From Lytechinus pictus (taxonomy: Eukaryota): a stretch of 64,000 bases of DNA. Positions 53,977-64,000 of the stretch are shown piece by piece. Numbering within the stretch: the first letter of the stretch is position 1; each line of letters opens with the position of its first letter. The DNA lies in the NCBI RefSeq assembly GCF_037042905.1, contig NC_087257.1:10602001-10666000 (forward strand), given 5' to 3'. Under the pieces are notes generated by a model. It was not told the origin of the DNA. It saw only the letters and a list, made by a program, of their open reading frames with translations, and made no database searches. A program made the position numbers and the translations under genes.

Positions 53977-55757
53977 AGCGATTTATTTATATAAATTCAT
54001 CATTTACGAATCTGAAGATTTTAAAAAGATGAAAACTCTAGTTTAGACATACAGGTCTAACAGTCATTCAATACTTTCAAATACAGCTAGCAGCAAACTC
54101 ATTCCTCATCTTTCACAAAGTGTGTCCCCATTATATATCTCACTCCACTATTTTCAACACATATAGTCTATGCATATTTTTTTTTTCCATATTTCCCTTT
54201 CTTCCTTTTCAGGAAAATATATAGTGAGTAATTGCATTACTGAACGACCTTGTATTACTGAAATGTGCACATTTACTCATCAGAAAATAATTCCACAATA
54301 TCATGCTTAAAGGGAAATCCAACCCAAATAAAAATTTGCATTTAGAGCAAAAAGAAAAATCAGACTAGCTGATAGGGATGAAAGTTTGAACAATATCGGA
54401 CAAACAATAACTGAATAAGAAAATTATGAATTTTCAAAAGTTGTAAATATTAGTTATCACTATATCATGGAGACTTCAAATTGGCCGCATTGTGATGTGG
54501 TAGTAATGTAAGGCAAGAACTACTCTTAATACCGTACTCCAATACATAGGCCTAACATGGCTAAAATGTCATTTTTTCAAAAGTTTTACTTCAAATTATA
54601 TTTTACTTTCATGAGGACATAAAACATATACTACATATTATATTTAGATTACTGCCCCAGGGGAATGGGTACTTAGGAGAAAACCTCAAATCTAGCTAGA
54701 TTTGACAAACTTAATCTTAAACATGGTAGTGGATCTTATTAGCAAACACTTTTCATAAATTCAATCATATCAATCATAATATTGTCACAAAATTCATCAA
54801 ACTTTCATCATAAATACATACAAAATATATTATAAATATGTAAACATTTTGCCAAAATCTTTTTTCTCTTTTATCAGCTTCCAATCACACCCCTCTTCGC
54901 ATATTAGTCACTTGAAAATGGTAAATAATACCGAACATGTGTTTTCTGTGGGAAAAGTTGGAAAAACAGCAAAATCACTGATCAGGTATTTTTACAATAT
55001 TTTATTATTTTGAGAAAATAAACACTTTGAAAATGTGCTTTAACCAGTTTTCATCACCTTTCTATTCAAGATCCCTTTGGAAGGATGTTGCGAAGTTTTG
55101 AGCTATTGGAATCATTTTCAGACGTGTATGATGCACGCATTTGGTGGTAACACAAGGCCAGTCGGTAATGCAATCACTAACTAGATCTATCTAGGTATAC
55201 TATAGATCTAATGTTAGTTTTCAAGATTTTTGAAATCTTGTTGCTTTTTAGTTTGTTTTTTATTCCCTTTTATTTCCTTCAATAACCATCATCTGTTCGG
55301 AGAACATGGAGAAGAAGGCCTACTCCCCCTACACATTTGCTGATGAAAATTTCACTGTACTTTGTTCCCTTGTGTTGATTTTTGTCTTTGTTTTTCTCTC
55401 TCATGCTTTTTATGCTCAAGATAGGTTTATCGCTAATCAGAACCGCAATGCATCATGGGATAAAAAAGGGGGCAAGGACAAGGTAGCTAGCTCCGGCCTC
55501 CGGTCTCTCTCCTTTTTAATCCCATCATGCTTTGCACTGTAGCTACCTCTGTTGATATTTGCCGATTTGCGATAAACCTATTTTGATGATCAAATTTTTC
55601 AAAATTTCAAAAATATGATTTTTTGAAATTAGATGTAACGCTGGTATACCGTATATAGATCTTGATGAGTCGAATAAATTTTGCTTAGATTCTAAATCTA
55701 ATTGATCTAGGCCCACTCACACGTATTGCGAGGCCAGGTTAGTATTAGTAAGTATAC

Positions 55758-55915
55758 TAACCTCGCACCACGAACCGCGTTTGGCAGTGGATTTCTAACT
55801 AGTGGGTCGCGCGTGCTGGGATCTCACTTATTGGGTCCACAACACACGACTTCTATGACTAGGCTATGACTATGGCTTGAATTTTCTGTGCGCAGCGGCA
55901 TGTAATGAACCCTTG
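55758..55915 (+). repeat. Dispersed repeat, second copy at ~63139-63285
   Basis: Shared taacctcgcac..gtttggcagtggatttctaactagtgggtcgcgcgtgctg..ttttctgtgcgc.gcggcatgt.atgaacccttg. Confidence 0.8.
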
Positions 55916-55989
55916 GCTGGGTGATCTAGGCCTAAGCTAAGGCAAGCAAAATTTATTCGACTCATCAAATTTTGAAAAATCATCTTACC

Positions 55990-57025
55990 CAAGGCTCGAC
56001 ATTAGCGGTGGCCCGGTGGCCCAGGGCCACCAGAAATTCACCTCGGGCAACCATTATTGAAAAAATATTAAGTTTTGGTGGCCCGAATCGGGCAACCAAT
56101 AATTTTCAGAAAAGCGCAATTTTTCTCCCCATTTTGCATGCATTTATCAACTTTCTACAGTTCAAATTGCAAGCCAGTTCGTCATGCGCCCTTTTTGTTG
56201 ATCTACACACAAACACACACACACAAAGTTGGCCTACCGCTATACATGTAGCATTAAGTAGCTTTTATCCAGCCGGCCGGGCCGGCCGGCTGGCTTGAGC
56301 TTTGCATGCTTGAAGCAGCTGTGCGCGCGTTAGCAGCCTATTCAGACTCAGGGAGCTGCAATACGAAATGTTGCTGCTAAGAAATCTTCCACAGAACTGT
56401 GAAAATCCAAGTCAAAGTCACATTTTACACCAATGAAATGCCCTTCTACAGACCTTTTTGCTAAAATCTGGTGTATCCTGATTATTTGCAAGCATTAAAA
56501 AGAGGAATCATGACCTCTCTTTTGACTCAAAAAGACCGATTTCCAAATGAAAATAATACACATAAAAACACATAGGTGAGTACATCACAGTCCCACATGT
56601 GCATTTGTATGTATGTTGTTACTTGGTTTCTTTCGAAGCTGTGTCTTTTCCGGTCTTTTCTAGCCAAAAATAAACAGACAGTTACTTTCATTCTTTCTTG
56701 TTTATAAATGACTTCTTAAACAACTCTTGAGAAAGTAAATACTTTGGGAAGGCATTTCATTAATATGAAATGTGAATTTTTCCAACATACATGTATTGGC
56801 AAATTTAGGGAAGGAATTTTCTCACACTTTTTTTTGCCCTTTTATTATTTTCTTTCATTTTTTTTGACAGTGGTTAAACCATTTATACCCATTTATTCAT
56901 TTTTAATGTTTTTCTTTATATTTTTCGGGCCACCAAACTTTAATATCGGGCCACAAAAAAAAATTATTTGAAGGTTTTGGTGGCCCGAACGGGCCACCAC
57001 CAAAAAAAGTTAATGTGGAGCCTTG
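55990..57025. mobile_element. Non-autonomous DNA transposon with 7-bp TSD (P-element-like)
   Basis: CAAGGCTCGACATTA / TAATGTGGAGCCTTG, TSD TCTTACC, GGTGGCCCG subterminal repeats. Confidence 0.8.
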
Positions 57026-57483
57026 TCTTACCTAATAGATCTATATAGTATGTGTGCCAAAAATGGCTTCTCGTGACTAATTGCCAAATAGACATAAATT
57101 AAGAAGAAGGGTAGACGATCGCGATGCAAATGCAATCCTCCTTTTTTTAGAAATTGGCCAACATCATGAACATCAAATGAAATAGGTGGGACTGAGCAAA
57201 AATCAACAGCAACAACTAAATGACTCTCAAGTAACAATTTCGCCAGAATATCACATAAAATTGTAATACTAATATCTTTAAAATTACAATGCCCATAAGA
57301 CCTTAAGAAATAAGTTAATTGCCGGGAAAAAAAAGAAGAAAATGCTCATTTTACCTTATTCCTAATTTTCTTGCACTGCGGCTCTTAAACTTAGCGACAA
57401 ATAAACGTACCTTGTGCTCGCTGCATAAATTCCTCTTTTGTCTTTCGTTGTATGGTATTGGCAATTAGTCATATTTGGCCATA

Positions 57484-57668
57484 ACTGGGCGTTGTGGCGT
57501 GCGCCTGTAATCCAAGCTGAGCTGTGGGGAGGGGAAGTTACAAATTGATGCAGAGGTTCGAGCCCTGGTCACGTCTTTCGGATGGTGACGTTAAAGGTCG
57601 GTCCCAGACGTAAATAATCATATCTGATTGATACACGTCTGACAAAACTCAAATACACACACACACAC
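57484..57668 (+). mobile_element. SINE-like element with a 7SL(SRP)-Alu-domain-like head
   Basis: ACTGGGCGTTGTGGCGTGCGCCTGTAATCCAAGCT head, B box GGTTCGAGCCC (57555-57565), Deu-like gtctttcggatggtgacgttaaa, 3' stem-loop, (CA)n tail, flanks TGGCCATA/TGACCACA. Confidence 0.65.
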
Positions 57669-58976
57669 TGACCACAGAGAGTTATTTGTCTACTACGCCA
57701 CTGACATAGTTCGGTTTATTTGATTGTCTACATAATTATTTGTACATCAGGAATTATGATTTACATCCGGCCTCCGACCTTTAACGTCACCCCATTCTAA
57801 AGAAATACCACTGTCGTATAGATGAAGGGGGGGGGGTCAGGGGAATTAAGCCCCCCCCCCCCCAAAAAAAAAAAAAAAAAAAAAGCTCACATAGTGACAA
57901 AGGAAACAATTAGGATAAAAAGAAAAGGAATGGAAGAAGTTGGAATGTGATATTATTTGCTGAATATCACAATATTAGCTTTTTGATCGAATCAACATTG
58001 TCGAAATTCTAGCTCTTGAATTAATTGTACTGACTTTTTAGAAGTTTGGTCGGTGGATCCCGGCGGTCCCTCGAAACGTTGGCTCACTTTGAAAGACGTT
58101 GCACTGGTCTAGACCTCTGTATAATATTCGTAACTGTGTTGCTTGGATTACGGGCATGCAAAGTTTAGGTGTCCTGTGAATCAATTCATTTATTTTCCGC
58201 TTGCATTCTTTTTTCATATTTAAAAAGTTCGACATTTATATTACAAAAATCCAATTTTGCCATAGATTTTCACATAACATTCAGAAAATGATATCATATT
58301 TCAAGCTTTTCTGTTTCCTTCAGTTCTTTCCTTTTCTCTTGGTCGTAAGAAAATGGGGAGGGGCAAATAAGCGCCCCCTTCCATCTCAGTATGCCACAGT
58401 TACTGGATATATATCCTAATAGTTGCACACAAGCGCGTTTCTATATCGACTAAAAAATTTGAAGTGCTTAATCAGGTGGCTAGTATGATGTGACGATATC
58501 CTATGACGACATTGCCTAAACAAAGGGATGAAATATACTTACAGAGTAGGGAATTGACCAAGTTTTGGGGTTTTCTGAATTGTTCATGAAGAGGAAACAT
58601 TATCTCAATCAAATAGCCCTATATAGTGCGTACGCGAAGCGCGAGGTGATTTATTATTTTTTTATTTTAATTCAGACATGAAAATGGGGCATTTAAATCG
58701 ACAGGCAATCCTCTCTTATTTTCAATTTTGTCCCTTCTCATTTTTCCCCAACGTTTTTTTAACCTCTATATACAGTCTATACTCTTAAGAGTTGTCTCTT
58801 CACTTTCCCCCATTTTATATGCGCCGTCATGCAGCGGACCGCGGCCCCTATATTGGTATCACTAATTTGGCAAACAAATCAGTTAAAACTTGAAAACTAA
58901 TCGGGAAGTCGCTAAATTCCCCAGGCTTAATTCGATTATTTCAGCTGAAACAACTACAAGAGGGCCTATCCTATAA

Positions 58977-59201
58977 AGGACGCACCATTAATCCAGGGGA
59001 GGGGCTTGAAGTAATAAAAAAAAAACTTTACTCGCCATCAGAGTAAAAAAAAACTTGGTCCTCTTGATCTACATCTGAAAGGTGAAAAAAAATCTGTCTC
59101 AATGGAGAAAGGAAAACAAAAACTTTGCTCAAAGATGAAAGGGAAAAAATGCATCGACCCAAACTTCTAGCCCCCCCCCTGAGTATCTAATGGTGCGTCC
59201 C
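58977..59201. mobile_element. PIF/Harbinger MITE
   Basis: TAA|AGGACGCACCATTA ... TAATGGTGCGTCCC|TAA. Confidence 0.75.
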
Positions 59202-59680
59202 TAAATCGATAGTAGATAGCATATCAGATTCGGTAGGCCTATACGTGGGGGAAACCTTGGATACGTTTGAAGACTGGAAAAAAATGTAGGCTTTATAATA
59301 ATTATATAATTAGTGAGCATTATCTCGTTCACACAGGGAGACCGTGGCGACATGGTATCGTAGGTATGCTATTGAACTTTGTCTTTTCTAATTGAGATAA
59401 AAATTCGATCAATTTCTGGAGAAAATAAAATCATCCCTGAAATGGGGGAACAATTATATATATAAAAAATAAAAATCACTCTTTCCTTCCCATCCAGCAA
59501 TCCCTATATCCTGATTGATCGCTACTCGCCTGGCCTTTTTTTCATGCAGTCTTAGTTTGCTTGGAGGTCTCAGTGGATCATGCCTGGTTTTGATTTAGCT
59601 AGACATGAACGATTTTATGAAATAATTTGAGTTTGTTATTTTAAATTACATTTTGTTACCAGTAAAATAAATTGATTTAA

Positions 59681-60128
59681 AGGAGAATAAAACCTTTGGA
59701 ACAAGTGGGCTTGTGTGGAAAGAGAAGAATGAAAGAATACGATCAAAGAAAATTTGAGAAAAATCGGACAGATAATGAAAGAGAGTTATGAGCATTTCTT
59801 TGGGATCACTAATGCTATGGAGATCCTCCCATTAGCAATGCGACAAATATGTCACATGTGAACAACTTTTTCTTTGATGGACTAAGACACCCCCAAAATG
59901 TCTCTTTGTGCTCTTTCTTATGGTGATTTAAACGCTTTATCCATAATGTATTCTTTGAAAATCTGTATTACATGCCTATATACAGAAATAAACATGATCT
60001 AAACTTTAAATGCTCATAACTTTCTTATTGCATAGGCCTATTCATATTTTCTCAAACTTTTGTTGATCTGTTTCTTTAATTGTTCTGTTTTCAAACAAGC
60101 TATCTTGTTCCAAAGGTTTCATTTTCCT
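59681..60128. mobile_element. TTAA-targeting MITE (near full-length member of the 10590 family)
   Basis: TTAA|AGGAGAATAAAACCTTTGGAACAAG ... CTTGTTCCAAAGGTTTCATTTTCCTTAA. Confidence 0.8.
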
Positions 60129-61089
60129 TAAATATTTAATATGACCATAGCATTTTTAAAACTCTATCTAATAGGGAAAATCACCTGTCTGAAAAAGGGA
60201 AAAAACTTTGTTTTTTTTTTCACACATTTTTAAGAGGCCAGATTAAGCTTTTTATAAAATATTATAATTTTCTCCTCCTTGTCAAGTGAAACAAAGTTTC
60301 ATTTCTCCCTGAACAAGTGGAATTACCATTGTTTGATACTATATGGTTCAGTCAAGTTGGTCCTTATTGTCAAATCTATAAAAAAAATGAAATATTGTAT
60401 AATTCAAACAATAAAAACAAAAGAAATAGTGAGTGATGGACATCATGGACTAACTCACCTAGTTGTGCATATCACTATTTTGTGAAAAATAAGCGAAACT
60501 TCAAAATGTCAATACTTTCTTATTTTACATCCGATTTTGATGAAATTTTCAGCACTATGCTAGTTTGATTTTTCTCTATTTATTCAAGTCAGCATTTGTC
60601 TGTCGTGGACTTGACCTTTAAATATGGTGGTTTCTTTCTTTCCCCCCACCCCCTATTTTTTTTTCTAATTGGAATACAGTACAGTTTGTTTACAGTATCC
60701 GTTATTTATTTACATTTTGTGACTTTTCGTACACCGTGTATAGTCGGTCTTCTACTTTTTTACACGCTACTTTCACCATCTCGAAATTGGTCGCTAGTAA
60801 TAGATAAGACCGAGCACCCGCGGCAATTATGCCATGAACGTGAGTGTGCTGCTGGCCGCCGGGTCAGCGCCCCGCTAGCTAAGGCCCGGCTTCCCCATGC
60901 TATACTGTACTGTACTGTAGCTATAGCTACTAGCACTCGATCGCTGGCGCAACATTATTCTTGCTTTGGGACTGGGAACGTTGAAGAACGGAGCGCGAGT
61001 TCGAGGTGATATTTAGCTATTTCTTCGAGGACCGGTATTGTATTGTGGATATATATTCGACTCTGAAAACTTGTCATCCCCAATCAGAA

Positions 61090-61203
61090 ATGGCAGAGAG
61101 TGACTTAAAAGACAATGAAGAAAAAGACTCTGGAGAATCAGATGATCGCGGGTCAATTTTGCATGTTGTTGTGGTCGGTTTTCATCACAAGCGAGGATGC
61201 CAG
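61090..61203 (+). CDS. AVL9: AVL9 (DENN-related late secretory pathway protein) exon 1; gene continues beyond the window
   Basis: ILHVVVVGFHHKRGCQ matches the AVL9 N-terminal motif VLHIVVVGFHHKKGCQ; donor gtacga at 61204. Confidence 0.88.
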
Positions 61204-61357
61204 GTACGAATTTACGATTGCTCTCTCGCCTCGTCCGCGCCGCCGGTGGACGTAGCGGCGGATCCGGTGCCTGGTACCTCAGCTCAGCCTCAGGCGATCG
61301 GGTTCTGATATTACTAGGCTCCACTACACTTCACTACCGCTACCCTCCGCTCTAGCC

Positions 61358-62257
61358 TACCTCAAGCGATGTTCGTACAGGCTCCACTCCACTTCACTAC
61401 CGGCTACGCTCCACCTACCCGAACATCGAGCCTGTGATTCACAGGAGTTCACAGTGTTCACAGTGTGAACTCGTTTGGATACTTTGTCTTTGAGAGGCAA
61501 AGCCAAAGGTGGGAAAAAAAAAAATTATTGTAAAAATTATAGTAGGCCCTAGGCCTAGGCCTAATCCTATACCTACCGTAACGATAAAAAAAATAGCTTA
61601 ATTTCTTACTCTACACCTGTCCCTAGCCTTATTTCATTCCGTGTCCATCCTCCGATTATCCTCAAAATTGGTGATTTTGGGCCAGTATCTAATTCCTCAC
61701 ATGTAATTATTCACGGCCGATTTCAAAACATCGCATGCGATCATGCGAGGGTCGCAGGTCAAACAGCATGAATATATATTGGATGGCTCCGAAAATACCA
61801 GAAATATTCTAAGTAAGAGTTTGGGAAAATATTCCACGAATCAGTGGAATATTTTCCCAAACTCTTTTTCTCGTATTTTCTGAGCCATCCAATATATTAT
61901 AATATAAATATTCATGCTGTTTGACCTGCGAACCTCGCATGCGATGTTTTGAAATCAGCAGTGAATAATTACGTGTGAGGAATTAGATACTGGCCCAAAA
62001 GGCCAAAATCACCAATTTTGAGGATAACCGGAGGATGTACACGGAGTGAAATAAGGGTGTAGACTAGAGTAAGAAATTAAGCTATTTTGCTTTCTCGTAA
62101 TATTTTTTTCTATAATTTTTACAATAAATATCTTTTTTTTCCCACCTTTGCCTCTCGGAGTATCCGAACGAGTTCACGGGCTCGATGTTCGGGTAGGTGG
62201 AGCGTAGGGTAGCGGTAGTGAAGTGGAGTGGAGCCTGTACGAACATCGCTTGAGGTA
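61358..62257. repeat. ~900-bp imperfect palindrome in AVL9 intron 1
   Basis: tacctcaagcgatgttcgtacaggctcc... mirrored by ...ggagcctgtacgaacatcgcttgaggta; centre gagtttgggaaaatattccac-gaatca-gtggaatattttcccaaactc at ~61841. Confidence 0.92.
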
Positions 62258-62599
62258 CCCTCCGCTCCACCTATGAAAGAATGATCGGAGGGTAGCTGTA
62301 ATGAAATGTAATGGAGCCTATCCAAACCCTCGCCTGAGTTGAGGTAGGTGCCTGGCGTGGCAGAAACGGTATTAGTACTGGCCATGGCCATGCCGGCGGA
62401 TCGTGGTCCAACATTCACAACTCCAGCGGATTCAGTACCAATTTCTCTTTGGCAGATATCGCTCTTGCTATTATTCATGCACGTATCGTATACGTCACGT
62501 GGTACGTGTCTGCGTGCGATAGATCTATCTCAAAGACAAAGACTTGAAAGAGTCAAAGTCAACGATCAACCGGGTCAACCCCCGCCCCCCCCCCCCCCC

Positions 62600-63053
62600 C
62601 AGTAGAGGTGCACAGCCAATATAGGAGACTATCTCCCATGAGAGAGATTATCTCCAATGTCAGAGACTTTTGTAAAGAATTTGGGTATCCAATAGGCCAA
62701 TTTCAGAGACAGTGTCCAGTTTGGGTGACCAATTTCCTTTGTTTACATTTGCTGCAAAAGGATTACCTTGGCGGCAAATAAAAATGTGATAGGCAGATTC
62801 CTCATGAAAAATTACCCCTTTTCACAGTCTACTTCAAAAATTCACCGTCTACTTTTGTTTTGATAAGGATTGTTGTAATGTTGTCATCCACACAAAACAA
62901 ATGGGCTTCTGACCTCAGTGAGACAAATTTTAGATGGAAAAAATTATGCTTTTGTTGGTGTTGTTCTTTTGTTCTCTTGCAAAGCAAGTCTCCAATATGG
63001 GAGATTGTCTCCTGTATTGGAGAGTCTCCCATATTGGCTGTGCGCCTCTACTG
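62600..63053. mobile_element. hAT-like MITE inserted in a poly-C run
   Basis: CAGTAGAGGTGCACAGCCAATAT / ATATTGGCTGTGCGCCTCTACTG with C runs on both flanks. Confidence 0.75.
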
Positions 63054-64000
63054 CCCCCCCCCATCGCGATATTGCCAGAGCCGCGCTGCCGAGGCACTAC
63101 ACTAGACTTGTGCGAGGTTGGTAAGTATTAGTATTTTCTAACCTCGCACACAGATCCACGTTTGGCAGTGGATTTCTAACTAGTGGGTCGCGCGTGCTGC
63201 GATGCGATGCCACTTCTGGCGTGCATTACACACGACTTCTATTGCTTGATTTTTCTGTGCGCGGCGGCATGTGATGAACCCTTGAAGGCTGCCGAGGGTG
63301 ACGTCATAATTAATAGATCTGCACATAGTCAATCTGAACCAAATCTGCAAACATCAAACCCGGCGGACATGGTTCCAAGTCATGCAAGTAAACTATGAAC
63401 GATATTTGCCGTTAAGAACGATATCTGCCAGCGCGTGGATACCGTATCCGCCGATGGACAAATCCGCCGCTACACCGGTCCGCGCCGCGACCCTAGTGCT
63501 CGCTTGCACTCTAGTCAGTGTGGCTTGAAACAATGGCACCAATAAAAATCTATGATGGGGGGGGGGACCTAAAGATACGCACTTTGTTACAACCAATAAA
63601 ACTATGACATTTAAAATATATTTCCAAGTTGTCTTTCATACTCTACTTTGTCGTAATATACTTTGTGGTAATATTCTAAACCCAGACATTATTGGACCAA
63701 GAAAAAATATCACAAAACTCGCGTTCTAACTTTGCAGTGTAATACAAAAATCTTTCCGTGTTTTCCGAACACCTCTTGATTTTGCCGCCCGATATAAGAA
63801 GGAGTCTTAAAGCTACACACTCGATTTATCATGCAAAGAAAAAGTATTTCCTGAGCCTCAATTTGTAAAATATGTTCAAATTGTTAGGTACCGTAGATAA
63901 ATATTAAATTATAGTGAATATAACTCAAAAATTCCAAACATTTACAGGTTTTCTCTGCTTTTAGTGATTTTATGCAGCCTCTGCTGAAAAAACTTGATAG

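Noticed and set aside
57484-57668. Genuine 7SL gene or human Alu contamination
   Set aside because: No S-domain or oligo-T terminator; it diverges from Alu after ~50 nt, has a CA tail rather than poly-A, and has a diverged native copy nearby

Overview
Eukaryotic (metazoan) genomic DNA, AT-rich and dense in repeats. The poly-G/C strings, tRNA-derived SINEs, many TTAA/TAA/hAT MITEs and the gene set suggest an echinoderm such as a sea urchin; this is inferred, not proven. Genes reconstructed by hand from splice sites and phases: an intronless GT31 beta-1,3-galactosyltransferase (-), a complete 7-exon CFAP210/CCDC173 (+, about 562 aa), a complete 7-coding-exon PGAP3 (-, about 336 aa) and exon 1 of AVL9 (+). 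The rest is nested non-autonomous DNA transposons, SINEs, a decayed CR1-type LINE, a 61-bp and a ~200-bp satellite, a 1-kb CT-rich tract and a ~900-bp palindrome. Most notable is a 185-bp SINE-like element at 57484-57668. Its head matches the 7SL/SRP RNA Alu domain and is followed by a B box, a Deu-like segment, a 3' stem-loop and a (CA)n tail. It has an imperfect TSD and a second inverted partial copy nearby, making it a candidate 7SL-derived SINE outside the lineages where I know such SINEs to occur. Also notable: a tandem-duplicated in-frame acceptor in the PGAP3 last exon, a foldback element with an amplified arm abutting the PGAP3 stop, and a possible decayed multi-exon membrane-protein gene at 2.2-4.5 kb.
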